Below are positions 21,916 to 34,143 of a stretch of 64,000 nucleotides of DNA, piece by piece. A program made the position numbers and the translations under genes. Source of the DNA: Nitrosopumilus sp. (GTDB lineage: Archaea; Thermoproteota; Nitrososphaeria; Nitrososphaerales; Nitrosopumilaceae); contig CBDBLX010000002.1 of NCBI GenBank assembly GCA_965207445.1, forward strand, positions 1,847,849 through 1,911,848. The letters run 5' to 3'. Position 1 is the stretch's first letter. Each line of letters starts with the position of its first letter. The notes under the pieces were generated by a model, which searched no databases, was not told the origin of the DNA, and saw only the letters and a program-made list of their open reading frames with translations.

Positions 21916-22169
21916 ACGTCAGAATGTGCAGCAAGGAACCCCCCACTAGCACATCCCAGGCAATGCTCCGCATGACCCTTAGACAATGTAATATAGATCT
22001 GTTACCTAAATAAGACCTTCCGGTTTTACATATAAAACACAGAACTCGTATAGTCATCCACGCAGCCTGTCTAGTGTGAACCAAGCTCCGTGCCTAGAAA
22101 ATCCACCAAACGCCATTTTCCACGCACAGAGCGTGGTTACACTCCTGTGCCATCTTGCCGGCCTCATTG

Positions 22170-22250
22170 GTAACCGTTCAACCCCCGTACCTGCGCCAGA
22201 CGTTAGGAGGTGAATTTGTGCCTAAATTTAGGAATGGGTCGAACTGTTAC
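22170..22250. mobile_element. MITE copy 4 with 9-bp target duplication GCCTCATTG
   Basis: GCCTCATTG at 22161-22169 and 22251-22259 flanking GTAAC...GTTAC. Confidence 0.92.
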
Positions 22251-22629
22251 GCCTCATTGTATTGACGAGTAATTTTTCGCATCAGCGCTCTGCGCTTGTC
22301 TTTGTACTTTTCATGGGCATACTGATCCAAAAGTTCTGGGTTTCGCGTGTCATGTATGGTGGGGCGTTTTCTGGCCATCATCATGTCAAACATCTTCGCT
22401 AACATCTCTGCGTCACTGCACACCATGCCTAGTAGTTGGATTTGCAGATGGCGTGCTTCTCCAGGACCGCTGTAGACCATCTAGGATTCTTATGTATGTC
22501 GAGATCGGTGGCGGACCATATACGCCTGGCCACGCGCGCGAATTGTATGAATTTCTTACTGAATGGGCCGTCCGTGATTCTATCTATTGGTCCGGATCCC
22601 GTCAAATTGAGAGCGGTAAACAAGACGTA

Positions 22630-23263
22630 AAAAAAGAACCTACAGCTCCGATTGGGGTAGACAGTAGTGAGAGAAGAGTAGAGACTGACAGGTACGAAAA
22701 ACAACAAAGACCTAATCATTTACTACAAGACTTAACTGACACGCGTCAAGACGTACTTAAAATATTATATTACTCGATAAGCGGACACCAGATCATACTT
22801 GCACCATACACAACTCCAAGCAATGCAAGTGTCACATCAATGCTTCCATATATGGTCAACTTTCTCGTAAAAAACCACACACAGATTGAAAAACGCTTAT
22901 TCAACGGAGACAAGGGATACGACTCGGATCAAAACTACAAGACAATATTCAATGCAAACATGAAACCGAACATAAAGCAGCGCAATCACACAGATGGCGC
23001 AGGTCATACAAACCGTGGCAAACCACCAAGCAAAAAAAAGGCAGCAGGAATTTTTGACAAAGATGCATACAAACAACGCACACTTATCGAGACAATTTGG
23101 AGCAGTAGAAGAGACAAAGAATCACAGACTACATGGTCGTATACGTCTGGCCAAAAACAGAAAGCGGTTTGGTAAAATACTATCGATTGCAAGGAATATC
23201 AACGTCCTGAACAGATTTATCTGCGCTCATAAAAAAGGACAAAAGATTCCATCATACAAATGA
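22630..23263 (+). pseudogene. IS5-like DDE transposase relic, 5'-truncated and frameshifted near 23098
   Basis: IGVDSS..ETDRYE, GDKGYDS, YKQRTLIETI; continues in the frame of ORF 22994-23263. Confidence 0.75.
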
Positions 23264-24009
23264 TAGTGACTGCTATCACACTTGACACGTTTCATGTTTT
23301 ATAATCTATGTCTGTCAAAACAACACACACGTATATTCAAAAACAAAACGCACTATAGGTAGATTTCAGTATTCTGCAGATTGAATGTACAATAAACCAA
23401 GTAATCTCACAAAAGGGTCACAGGCATGCTAACGTCAATTACGCACCAATCTCTGCCATCACATGTTAGCGCACGTGTGCATCATGGAGCCCCGACACCA
23501 CATTTTTTGATACCATATTTTAAAAAATATGACAAATCTGAATTACTGAACATTTCTATGCAAAGATGTCTGTTAAAAATTACATGATGTGATTTTTTTG
23601 TTGTGTCAGAATTTATGAATATCGCTATGCGGCATTGATAAAATCACGTTTAAAAAAAATATTGACCCCGAGTGTTGACTCGAGGGTCACATATCATCAA
23701 TTAACAGAGTCTGTATCAGATTCACCATACTCACAAGATGAATCATCATCAACATCATGACTTGTAACAGTGTCACGCGTACTATTATTCATAGTGTTCT
23801 TTGAATCAGAATTTTTCTCATTTTCTGCTCTGATTCGTGCCATTTCAAGATCGGCGTTTGTGTGCTTGAACTTTTTCATTTACACTAGTTGATCAATGTT
23901 AATATAAAAATTAGTACATAGCACGTTTAATGTACAGATGAGTAAAAATTACAAGTCTTTTTTTGTAAATTATGGGTGCATGAATTGTGTATATTGGGAT
24001 TAATCCAAG

Positions 24010-24984
24010 TCACCATACAGAATACACAGGTTTTTTGCCCCGCATCCCAAGATCAAGGTTGCGCAATGTAATGTCTGCCATTGCAGAGCGCGTCTCTACA
24101 GTAGAGCTGCCAATATGAGGAGTCAGTACAACATTTTGTAATTGTACAAGTGGATTTGATCTCCGGACAGGCTCAGACTCAAAGACGTCCATACCTGCAC
24201 CAGCAATTACACCATTATGTAATGCATCGACAAGGTCAGACTCACAAACAGTCTTTCCCCGAGAAGTGTTTATTAAAAATGCAGATTTTTTCATCTTGGA
24301 AAATACATTAGAATCAAAGATGTGATGAGTATTGTCATTGTATGGAACATGTACGGATATAATATCACTTTGTGACAAAAGATTATTAAACGTCACATAT
24401 TTAGCGCCAATTCGCTTTTCATCACGCACAGATAGTCTATTGCGATTATGATAAATGATATTGATGCCAAATGCAGATGCTCTTTTTGCAACTGCTTGCC
24501 CTATACGACCAAGCCCTAAAATGCCAAGTGTCTTGCACCCCATATCAACACCCAAATGGTTAACTGCACCATACACTTGAGTCCATTTACCACGGCGTAT
24601 AATACGATCAGATTCAGATACCCGTCTCAAGACATCAAGCATCAATGCAAGTGTTATATCAGCAGTCGCATCAGTTAGGACATCAGGTGTATATCCGACT
24701 GTGATGTTTTTGCGCTTTGCATATTTGATATCAATATGATCAAATCCTACACTATAAGTGCTGATTGTTTTGAGGTTTGGTGCAGCATCAATTATATGAT
24801 CATCAATGAGATCAAATGGATAGCATATCAATCCTTGCGCATCATGTATGTTTGACAGCAACGTACGATGTCCGATAGGTAGACGTCCATCATGTAAGTT
24901 TACATCATATTTGTTATGCAACAGATGCATGGCTGAATCTTGAAGTGGCCCTGTCATGAATATGGTTGGTTTTGGAGGCGCCAT
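24010..24984 (-). CDS. D-isomer 2-hydroxyacid dehydrogenase (glyoxylate reductase-like)
   Basis: GLGRIG, INTSRG, DVFESEP, TPHIGS. Confidence 0.92.
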   Translation of the reverse strand: MAPPKPTIFMTGPLQDSAMHLLHNKYDVNLHDGRLPIGHRTLLSNIHDAQGLICYPFDLIDDHIIDAAPNLKTISTYSVGFDHIDIKYAKRKNITVGYTPDVLTDATADITLALMLDVLRRVSESDRIIRRGKWTQVYGAVNHLGVDMGCKTLGILGLGRIGQAVAKRASAFGINIIYHNRNRLSVRDEKRIGAKYVTFNNLLSQSDIISVHVPYNDNTHHIFDSNVFSKMKKSAFLINTSRGKTVCESDLVDALHNGVIAGAGMDVFESEPVRRSNPLVQLQNVVLTPHIGSSTVETRSAMADITLRNLDLGMRGKKPVYSVW

Positions 24985-25363
24985 GATATTATGTGATTGA
25001 CAAACAATTTATAGAAAGCTATTGTATCACATTTGTGAAATACTATAACTTAAAACCACATAATGAAGAATTTGCAACAACGCTTTTGTGTACTTTGAGT
25101 GTAATGAGGTAAAGTGATGAGGGTGTTTGCAAGTATGAAAAATAGCAAAATATGTATGCAACAACAGCAACAGTGGCAGCAGCAGCAACAGCAACAACAA
25201 CAACACAAATCAAATAAATCACTAGTAAAAAGATGGTAATGTTATATGAAAACACACAAAAACGACACAATACTATACTCACATATGATGCACATGTATC
25301 AGCAAACAGCAACATCGACCATACAATACATAAATTACAACAAAAAGTGGAGAAGCAACATTC

Positions 25364-27379
25364 ATGTCTGTTGATTTTACATGGATGATAGGTGGCCCTC
25401 AAGGTAGTGGAGTTGAGTCAGGTGCCACAATATTCTCACAAGTATGTGCCAAAGTAGGATATCAAGTATTTGGAAAGAGGGAATTTTACTCTAACATAAA
25501 AGGTGAGCACAGTTACTTTGCAGTCAGAGTTGCAGACAAGCCAATTCACTCAAATGTCAAAGGTGTGAACCTGCTTACATCATTTGATGCAGAGACCATA
25601 TTTCGCCATTATGATGAGGTGTATGATACCAGAGGCGGCATAATATATGACTCTGAGCTAGAGGACACAGATACTGACAAGGTGCACACACTAGATGCAG
25701 CATTCAAAGAGAGATTACACAAAAGACTCGATGCACATAACACAGAGCACACAATAGGGGACATCTTGCGCCATGCTCAAAATAACGGTGTACTGCTTTA
25801 TCCAGTTTCGTTTAAAGGCATACTAGATGATCTTGCACAAAAATTAGACAACCCAAAGTTAAACAGATATGTCAGACTATACAATACAATATCAGTCACA
25901 CTCTCACTTGGACTAGTAGATATGCCAATAGAACCGTTGCAAGGTGCAATCGATGACATATTTGTTAAAAAACCAGAGGTGGCAGAGTTAAACAAACAAG
26001 TCGCATCAATAGCATCACCCATACTCAATGCTGCAAAAGATACCAAAGAGTTTCCACATACACTGCAAGATTTGACAGCAACAAAGAAAGAGCCAAACAC
26101 AATACTAATTCAAGGACATTTAGGAACGGCTCTCGGAAAGATGGCAAGCGGATGCAGATTCCAATCATATTATCCAATTACACCTGCATCAGATGAGTCT
26201 GTATACTTGGAGGCAAATGAGATACTAGATGTGACAGACAATAGACCAGGCAGTACAGCAATAATTCAGACAGAAGATGAGATATGTGCAATAGGAATGG
26301 CTATTGGAAGCGCCCTTACAGGAACTCGGTCAGCCACATGCACATCAGGTCCAGGATTCTCACTCATGACAGAGGCATTAGGATGGGCAGGAATAAACGA
26401 GGTTCCCATCGTTATAACAGACTATCAACGTAGTGGTCCATCAACGGGTCTACCCACAAGACACGGACAAGATGACTTGCTCTCTGTAATATATGCCGGA
26501 CACGGAGAGTTTCCAAAGATAGTGTATGCATCAGGAAGTGTAGAGGAGAGTTTTTACGACACGACTAGATGTTTTAACTATTCAGATGAATTTCAGATAC
26601 CAGTAATACACATGATGGACAAATTTCTTGCAAGTACAGTTTTGACATGTAAGAGATTTGATACGCAAAAGGTGACGATAAGACGCGGCAAGATGTTAGA
26701 GGATAAACTGCCACATCAGCAAGACGGTGATGAGGATAGTCATGATGATGATGGTAATAATAGTAACAACACAGACACATCATACAAAAGATTCGAGTTT
26801 ACAGATGATGGAATATCACCTCGTGCAAAACTTGGCATGGATGACAAGATATTTTGGAACACGGGAGACGAGTCAGATGAAATCGGCCACATAACAGAAG
26901 ATCCAATACTGCGCAACAAAATGATGGAAAAACGAATGTCACGCCTAGATCTCATACTAGACAGAGTTCCAAAAGAAGAGCAGATCAGATCGTTTGGAAT
27001 ACATGACATAACCATAGTGACATGGGGATCTACAATAGGTCCAATAATTGATGCAATTGATATGTTGAAACAAAGAGATGGTATAAGGGTTGGGCTAGTG
27101 CAAGTCAAGATGTTAAATCCATTTCCTGTAAAGGCAATAGCAGAGTTATTTGATGAATACAAAAGAAATGGCAACAGCAATGTAACGCTAGTTGATATAG
27201 AGGCAAATTACATTGGGCAGTTAGGTGTATTAATGACACAGAATCTAAAGTGCGATATGGATTACTATATATTAAAATACACTGGCCGAAGCATGACATG
27301 CACTGAGGTGTATGATGCATTAAAAAAGATCAAAAATGGTAGTGCCAAAAAGAGGGAGGTTCTCACATATGGCGCTTAG
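25364..27379 (+). CDS. 2-oxoacid:ferredoxin oxidoreductase alpha subunit
   Basis: [27 protein letters not shown]. Confidence 0.95.
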   Translation: MSVDFTWMIGGPQGSGVESGATIFSQVCAKVGYQVFGKREFYSNIKGEHSYFAVRVADKPIHSNVKGVNLLTSFDAETIFRHYDEVYDTRGGIIYDSELEDTDTDKVHTLDAAFKERLHKRLDAHNTEHTIGDILRHAQNNGVLLYPVSFKGILDDLAQKLDNPKLNRYVRLYNTISVTLSLGLVDMPIEPLQGAIDDIFVKKPEVAELNKQVASIASPILNAAKDTKEFPHTLQDLTATKKEPNTILIQGHLGTALGKMASGCRFQSYYPITPASDESVYLEANEILDVTDNRPGSTAIIQTEDEICAIGMAIGSALTGTRSATCTSGPGFSLMTEALGWAGINEVPIVITDYQRSGPSTGLPTRHGQDDLLSVIYAGHGEFPKIVYASGSVEESFYDTTRCFNYSDEFQIPVIHMMDKFLASTVLTCKRFDTQKVTIRRGKMLEDKLPHQQDGDEDSHDDDGNNSNNTDTSYKRFEFTDDGISPRAKLGMDDKIFWNTGDESDEIGHITEDPILRNKMMEKRMSRLDLILDRVPKEEQIRSFGIHDITIVTWGSTIGPIIDAIDMLKQRDGIRVGLVQVKMLNPFPVKAIAELFDEYKRNGNSNVTLVDIEANYIGQLGVLMTQNLKCDMDYYILKYTGRSMTCTEVYDALKKIKNGSAKKREVLTYGA

Positions 27380-28331
27380 ACTTGCAGATTACAAGACAGA
27401 TGTGCATAATGATTGGTGTCCGGGTTGTGGGGACTTTGGTATAGTTAATGCAATACAGATGTCACTTGCCGAGATGAATATAAGACGAGACAAGACTGCA
27501 ATCTTTTCAGGGATTGGATGCTCTGGTAAGACCACACATTTTATTAACACATATGGAGTTCATACTTTGCATGGCAGAGTCTTGACATTTGCACAAGGTG
27601 CAAAACTTGCAAACCCAGATATGACAATAGTTGCAGTGGGTGGTGATGGAGATGGGCTCGGTATTGGTGCAGGGCATTTTGTAGCAGCAGGTAGGCGCAA
27701 CATCGATATGACATATATTGTATTTGATAATGGTGTGTATGGATTAACAAAAGGGCAAGCATCACCCACACTGAAACTTGGTGAAAAGACAAAATCACTT
27801 CCCTCACCTAACACCAACTATAATGTCAACCCAATAGGACTGGCAATTGCAAGTGGGTTTACATTTGTTGCAAGAGGATACTCGTATGATGTAAGACATC
27901 TCAAAGAGTTGATCAAATATGCAATAAACCACAGAGGACTTGCATTTTTAGATGTATTGCAGCCATGCCCAACATACAATGACATCAATACACGAGACTG
28001 GTATGCAGGAAAAGATATGCTAAAAGAGTCACAAGAAAGACACTCTAGGATATACAAATTAGAGGATACAAAATACGACCCTACTGTAAATTATGCAGGA
28101 AAAGAAGAAGTTGACAGACATTTGTCACAAGCACTAGTAAAGTCACTAGAGTGGGGAGACAAGATACCCATTGGTGTATTTTATAAAAATGAGATAATTA
28201 GGCCATACGAGGAGAGGCTAGCGGACAAGATTCCAAACTACATTGAGAACTATCCTGCAATACAGGAAATATCAAAAGATGGAATTGCAAATACAGATTT
28301 GAGCGCAATATTAGACTCTTTGGAGGTATAG
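27369..28331 (+). CDS. 2-oxoacid:ferredoxin oxidoreductase beta subunit
   Basis: [16 protein letters not shown] motif, [11 protein letters not shown]. Confidence 0.95.
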   Translation: MALRLADYKTDVHNDWCPGCGDFGIVNAIQMSLAEMNIRRDKTAIFSGIGCSGKTTHFINTYGVHTLHGRVLTFAQGAKLANPDMTIVAVGGDGDGLGIGAGHFVAAGRRNIDMTYIVFDNGVYGLTKGQASPTLKLGEKTKSLPSPNTNYNVNPIGLAIASGFTFVARGYSYDVRHLKELIKYAINHRGLAFLDVLQPCPTYNDINTRDWYAGKDMLKESQERHSRIYKLEDTKYDPTVNYAGKEEVDRHLSQALVKSLEWGDKIPIGVFYKNEIIRPYEERLADKIPNYIENYPAIQEISKDGIANTDLSAILDSLEV

Positions 28332-28435
28332 TCATATATATACATATACACACATATACATACATACACATACATACACACAACTATTACATACAATCAT
28401 TTTACACACAACTGCTTTGCACAAATACTCAAAAT

Positions 28436-28978
28436 TCATTGTTTGAGTGGTACCCACACATCACCCCTAAACACAAATACAGTACCATCAAGTGTTACAG
28501 CACATCCGAGTCTCCATCTAGCAGATAGGGTATCAAAGTGATAGTCAAGTGATTTGGTCTGCTCAGGTATCTTTGTCATATGATGTGGCAAAAGTTCCAG
28601 CACAAAGTCTATCTTTTCAATTGCATTATCAAACCAACGTTTCTCAAGTGCATCTATAACAAATGTTATTTTAATATTACCTGAAAAATGGATCAATGTC
28701 CTTAGTGCATTTCCAGTACCGCGTCTGCGCTTCATCTCCTTTAGGATATCTTTAACACGCTCCCATCGCTTAAAATCAAACCACTTGAAAAAAGCATCAT
28801 TGAACTCAAGTGGAATATCTAAATCAAGATAACTGACAAAATTATCATCAAATGGTTCAGTCTCTTTTTGGACCACAGTAAAGTGAGAGTTTAGTAATCC
28901 ATAAAACACCTCAATCTCCCATGGAGATACCCCATAATACGTCAAGGTGGCACAAAGTGTCTGAGACATGATTAACAA
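28436..28978 (-). CDS. Hypothetical protein
   Basis: Uninterrupted 180-aa ORF, globular composition. Confidence 0.7.
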   Translation of the reverse strand: MLIMSQTLCATLTYYGVSPWEIEVFYGLLNSHFTVVQKETEPFDDNFVSYLDLDIPLEFNDAFFKWFDFKRWERVKDILKEMKRRRGTGNALRTLIHFSGNIKITFVIDALEKRWFDNAIEKIDFVLELLPHHMTKIPEQTKSLDYHFDTLSARWRLGCAVTLDGTVFVFRGDVWVPLKQ

Positions 28979-29393
28979 TGTATTTGAGTATAATTAAGGG
29001 ATTCTTACACATCAAGAAAATACACCAAAGACCCAGATGAGAGAATATGTAAAATTCCAAATTACGAGTAAGAAAAATAGGTGTGAGTCAAGTCTTTGGA
29101 TGCAATAATAAAATCATATACTTGTATTTTGTCACATCCATGTCTATATGTCAAGTATTGTGCATGCCATGTATTTGGCTAGGAGTTATTTTGAATGATT
29201 ATATCAGTCATGGATCTTGGTTCACATGTAAAATTTGTTTCCAATTGGGTGGTCTCAATTTGAGGGAATCCACACCAATTTTATAAAAATTCATACACGG
29301 GTAATCATCTGTCATGATGCATACAGAGGGATTAAAGGGTTACAACACAAAGATTAGAAATTTACATATACTGATGATAAATACCGAATTTCA

Positions 29394-29720
29394 TTGAAAA
29401 AGGAATTCATAGTGCAAAGCATAGATGGCTCACATGACGGATCTCCGTATGTAATAGTCTCACTTGCATCATCAAAGGATTTCAAGGAAGGTATAGATGT
29501 CAACCCACAACCACCATACAGCAGTCCAAAAGTAATGGGGTTTACAAACATGAACGACATGATGAAAGACATCAACAAGATGCTAACAGGTGGGGCACCA
29601 GGAGGAATGGCAGGACTCACACAGATGAAGCTTGATATGCACGAGTACAAGAGTATGGGACTATCAGTAGGTGACAAAGTCACACTAGAATTAAAGAAAG
29701 AAGAACAACTTGGAATATAA
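29394..29720 (+). CDS. Small hypothetical protein
   Basis: 108-aa ORF with TTG start and host-like composition. Confidence 0.7.
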   Translation: MKKEFIVQSIDGSHDGSPYVIVSLASSKDFKEGIDVNPQPPYSSPKVMGFTNMNDMMKDINKMLTGGAPGGMAGLTQMKLDMHEYKSMGLSVGDKVTLELKKEEQLGI

Positions 29721-29860
29721 CAGTATTGTTATAAATGACAACGATAATAATTACAAAAAATCTCATTATTTATCAATATTATAATACCAATTGTTATAAA
29801 ATATATGTAATATTATATATATAATTTTATATATAATATCATATACATAATTTCACATAT

Positions 29861-29963
29861 ATAATGCCATGCACATAATGCCATGCACATAATGCCATGC
29901 ACATAATGCCATGCACATAATGCCATGCACATAATGCCATGCACATAATGTCATGCACATAAT
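29861..29963. repeat. 14-bp tandem repeat ATAATGCCATGCAC x7
   Basis: Directly visible; last unit has one mismatch. Confidence 0.95.
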
Positions 29964-29976
29964 ATTATACATACAG

Positions 29977-30567
29977 TCAGATTATAGTTGTTATATACTT
30001 CCATCCATACAACAGACCAATAGTTGCAACGACAAAGAGCATTGGCTTCCAAGCAAACACAGGTAAACTGGGCGTGGCAAGTTTTATCTTGTAATTATCA
30101 GATATGATACGCACATTTTTCCGTATGCGATTGTGCCATATACTATAATCTATATGATATCGCTTTAGTATGTCTGCGACCTCATATACAACAGGTGTTC
30201 TCTGTGAGAACAGATGCTGCAAATAGTCTCTAGAGACCTCAACTTCGGCATGTATTCCAATCAGACCTTTTTTAAGATCAACCATACGAATGTGCATCTC
30301 CCAAGGTTTCTTGAGTTTAAGATTAAATCCATGTCCAATTTGATCGGGTTGTTTATGCTCAAACTTGACTTTTGTAAATCCCTCTTGTGCAAATATCTTT
30401 GATAGCTCATCAAAGCTCTTTTTAACTACAATGTGTAATTGCTCAACGCCTTCTTGTGAGTCTGCTTGCACCTTGTGCTTTAATCCATCAAAAAATGAAA
30501 TGGTCTTCGGGTATTTAGTCATATATTCCATATATGGCACTCCATACAGATTAATCACAAAGACCAT
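29977..30567 (-). CDS. Hypothetical protein with C-terminal TM
   Basis: WEMHIR, HAEVEVSRDY; C-terminal hydrophobic helix. Confidence 0.7.
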   Translation of the reverse strand: MVFVINLYGVPYMEYMTKYPKTISFFDGLKHKVQADSQEGVEQLHIVVKKSFDELSKIFAQEGFTKVKFEHKQPDQIGHGFNLKLKKPWEMHIRMVDLKKGLIGIHAEVEVSRDYLQHLFSQRTPVVYEVADILKRYHIDYSIWHNRIRKNVRIISDNYKIKLATPSLPVFAWKPMLFVVATIGLLYGWKYITTII

Positions 30568-31233
30568 ATTTAAAGCAGAAAGATTGCATATACAATTTGG
30601 CAGTAAATAACTGATTTTGATCGTGTTGTTTGTAAAATTTGTTGTAGCTCTAGTTATAATGAGATGTTTAATTTCATATAACTCATAATCAGTAATGAGG
30701 GGGTGTAGGATGCCAAGTATGTGAGCCTGCCTGATATCTTTGAGTTTTTGTGATGTGGCTTGCCCAGGGATTAAGATGCAAGTAGGTGAGTCCGTGTATC
30801 TGCGGCATTTGAAATATGACTTGAGTACATTTTAGTTACTAGGCATATACACAAACAACTAGGCGACTTTTTACTTGCCTTTGTATTTGGTTTTTTACTT
30901 TTAAAATTTATACCACAACTCATTAATATGATTATAAAAATAATATTCAAAACCAGTGACCAAACACACATTCTAGTGATTGTTGCCAAGTTATTTTCTG
31001 TCACATGTGTGGTACATGTCATATCCCAGTGTATAAGAGAAGAGAGGGTAGAGTCATATTAGATTATTGTGCAAAGAGGCACCACGTCTAGTAGGTAATC
31101 AAATCACCAAGTCAATGTCAAACTAAACAGATAATCATCGCAGAGATCTAAAATAGCAACAATTCACAACACATCACATATAATAAAATAGCAACAATTC
31201 ACAACACATCACATATAATAAAATAGCAACAAC

Positions 31234-32184
31234 TCATAATACATCATCACCACATGCAGAAAGACCTCGAACATACACACACTGATCAACTGACACCATA
31301 GTAGCATGAGGGTTTGGACGCTTACTAGTCAACTCTATGGCAGAACCACGCACTATAACAAATGGTCTTGATTCTGCACCCTCACCCATTGCATGATTTG
31401 CAATAGTGGCAATATTATCAGATGTTGCCTGAAACGTGACTTTGAGTGGATTTCCATCAAGATCAATTTTTGAGCGATTATCCGCAACAGGATTTAATCC
31501 TGCATGTGCTACTGCTACTGCTGATGTTCCCACACGAGTAGGCATCAGTCTACTATCTGCAAGTATCACTCCCACCATTACACCAAAACAGAGAAATATC
31601 TTGCGTCTGAGCATCTCAGCAGTCTCAAATGGTGATGAGGGATACAAAATTACATTACCTTTTTTAGCATTTGATGCATCAATACCAGCATTTGGTGCAA
31701 GGATCCCACGAGAGTACAGATCATACAGTCGCATATGAGATACAGGTGACAGTTTAGTGTGAGGATCAGATTGTCTCAATACACCATTCTCATCCACATG
31801 TAATGGTTCTGGTGCCAACGGTGCAAATGGAACTGATTCGGTTATAAGAAAACCTGCCATCCCACCAAACAATATAGCAGATTCACGCAGTATGACTTCG
31901 GATATCTTTGTAGACATTGCATACTTTTTTGATAAATGTACAGCAGATTTTGAATCGTGTATATCATCGATGTGTATTATACGCCCCTGAGAATAGGATA
32001 CATATTTTGTAGAGATTACCAATATGTCACCATGACGTAAAGAGACATCATTTTTTTGCAGTGAATCATGCAATGCCACAAAGAGATCAAAATTTTCATT
32101 CATACGCTCAGATACAAGTGGCATTACACTCAAGGCCATACAATGCACAATATCATTGGTCTTTTTTACTCTTGAGAAACACAA
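31234..32184 (-). CDS. cofE: Coenzyme F420-0:L-glutamate ligase (start uncertain)
   Basis: GDILVISTKYVS, PNAGIDASN, MGEGAESRPFVIVRG. Confidence 0.85.
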   Translation of the reverse strand: MCFSRVKKTNDIVHCMALSVMPLVSERMNENFDLFVALHDSLQKNDVSLRHGDILVISTKYVSYSQGRIIHIDDIHDSKSAVHLSKKYAMSTKISEVILRESAILFGGMAGFLITESVPFAPLAPEPLHVDENGVLRQSDPHTKLSPVSHMRLYDLYSRGILAPNAGIDASNAKKGNVILYPSSPFETAEMLRRKIFLCFGVMVGVILADSRLMPTRVGTSAVAVAHAGLNPVADNRSKIDLDGNPLKVTFQATSDNIATIANHAMGEGAESRPFVIVRGSAIELTSKRPNPHATMVSVDQCVYVRGLSACGDDVL

Positions 32185-32314
32185 AAGAAAACAGACGGCG
32201 ACAGCAACAACAGAGACAGCAACGACAACAACAGAGACAGCAACGACAACAACAGAGACAGCAACGACAACAACAAATCTGAAAACTTTTAATCAACGAA
32301 TCAGTTCTCAATTT

Positions 32315-33613
32315 ATGAATCTAGTTGAAAAGATACTTGCACGAGCATCACAAAAGAGTACAGTATCACCAGACGATATAGTATTTGCAAAGATTGACAA
32401 GGCAATGGTGCATGATGTATCAGGTCCAGGCGTAATCAAAGTATTTGACAAACTATCAAAGCAAGACATACCAACTGAGAAATTGTGGGATGCAGATAAA
32501 GTCTGGGTTGCAGAGGATCACTTTGTACCATCTGCTGAAAAGATATCAGCACAAAATATAGCAAAATTAGACGCATTTACTAAAAAATATGGAATTAAGA
32601 ATCATTTCAAGTATGGGATGGGACAATACGGAGTGTGTCATACAATATCACATGAGAATGCAATGGTAATGCCAGGGGATGTATACGTTGGAGGAGACTC
32701 ACACACAAACACAACAGGCGCACTAGGTGCATTTGCATGCGGTCTGGGCCACACCGACATGGCATATGTACTGTTATATGGTGAGATTTGGTTCAAGGTG
32801 CCAGAAACCATATACTTTAGGATAAACGGTCAACTACCAAACCATACAATGGCAAAAGATGTAATATTGAGTATAATAGGCCAGATAGGAACAGATGGTG
32901 GGGCTTACAAGACTATGCAGTTTGGAGGAGAGGCAGTAGAGAAAATGTCAGTAGAAGACAGACTAACACTATGCAACATGACAACAGAGGCAGGGGCAAA
33001 AAACGGTATCGTTAGACCAGACCAAAAGACAGTCCAATATTTGGAGCAAAAAAATGCGCATACTGTAAATCTAAAGGCAGGTGTGATAGATTATTCAGCC
33101 CCTGATGGTACGGATTCGGATTACTCAAAGGTATATGAGATAGATGCATCAAAACTAGAGCCAATCATAGCAGCACCGTTTTCACCTGAGAATGTAAAAC
33201 CAATAAGTGAGATATCATCAATTGAGCTTGACAAGTCATACATCGGATCATGTACAGGCGCCAAGTATGAAGACTTGGAGGCAGCAGCACGCATACTAAA
33301 GGGCAACAAGGTAAAGATCAGAACAGAGATACTACCTGCTGCAATATCAATATACAAAAGAGCAATGGAGTCAGGCCTACTCAAGATATTCCTAGATGCA
33401 GGTGCAATGGTAGGACCTCCCACATGTGGTGCATGTTGTGGTGCACATATGGGAGTACTAGGCAAAGATGAGATCTGCATCAGTACAACGAATAGAAACT
33501 TTCCAGGTAGGATGGGCCATGTAGAATCGCAGACGTATTTGGCATCACCAATGGTAGCAGCAGCATCTGCTGTCACAGGAAAGATAACAGATCCAAGAGA
33601 AGTGATACAATGA
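32315..33613 (+). CDS. 3-isopropylmalate dehydratase/homoaconitase large subunit (archaeal type)
   Basis: GGDSHT, GSCT, CGACCG, STTNRNFPGR. Confidence 0.92.
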   Translation: MNLVEKILARASQKSTVSPDDIVFAKIDKAMVHDVSGPGVIKVFDKLSKQDIPTEKLWDADKVWVAEDHFVPSAEKISAQNIAKLDAFTKKYGIKNHFKYGMGQYGVCHTISHENAMVMPGDVYVGGDSHTNTTGALGAFACGLGHTDMAYVLLYGEIWFKVPETIYFRINGQLPNHTMAKDVILSIIGQIGTDGGAYKTMQFGGEAVEKMSVEDRLTLCNMTTEAGAKNGIVRPDQKTVQYLEQKNAHTVNLKAGVIDYSAPDGTDSDYSKVYEIDASKLEPIIAAPFSPENVKPISEISSIELDKSYIGSCTGAKYEDLEAAARILKGNKVKIRTEILPAAISIYKRAMESGLLKIFLDAGAMVGPPTCGACCGAHMGVLGKDEICISTTNRNFPGRMGHVESQTYLASPMVAAASAVTGKITDPREVIQ

Positions 33614-34143
33614 TAAATACGATTACAGGCGGTGTCATCAAATATGAGCAAGACAACATCGATACTGATGTAATAATACCAGGGCAGTATCTAAAGATTC
33701 ATGATTACGCAGAATTGGCCACACATGCAATGGAGGGGTTGGATGCAGAGTTTCACCAAAAGGCAAAGAATGCAAATATCATAATATCAGGTAAAAACTT
33801 TGGGTGCGGCTCATCAAGAGAACACGCACCAATTGCACTGTCTCACTCTGGAATCAAAGCAGTATTGGCACTCTCATTTGCAAGAATATTTTACAGAAAT
33901 GCAGTAGACGGGGCATTCTTACTACCAATAGAGATAGGTCAAGACGCATACGATGAGATAAAACAAGGCAATACAGTTGCAGTCGATATTCAAAATAATA
34001 GTATACATGACAAGACTAGTGGTAAATCATATGAGATCAAGCCATTTTCTGATATAATCAGTGAGATAATAGAGGCAGGAGGGTTGTTCAAGTATGGGAT
34101 GCAGAGGTCAAAAAAGAAGAAGAAGACGATGATGATGTCATAA
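33610..34143 (+). CDS. 3-isopropylmalate dehydratase/homoaconitase small subunit (archaeal type)
   Basis: [20 protein letters not shown]. Confidence 0.92.
   Translation: MINTITGGVIKYEQDNIDTDVIIPGQYLKIHDYAELATHAMEGLDAEFHQKAKNANIIISGKNFGCGSSREHAPIALSHSGIKAVLALSFARIFYRNAVDGAFLLPIEIGQDAYDEIKQGNTVAVDIQNNSIHDKTSGKSYEIKPFSDIISEIIEAGGLFKYGMQRSKKKKKTMMMS

Noticed and set aside
29861..29963. Short repeat arrays (also 916-1155, 54095-54183, 58644-58735) as CRISPR
   Set aside because: Units are directly adjacent with no unique spacers, and no cas genes are in the window.
32156..32314. Thr-rich N-terminal extension of the dehydratase large subunit
   Set aside because: The family N-terminus begins at ATG 32315 (MNLVEKIL); the upstream part is an intergenic 21-bp repeat behind a weak TTG.
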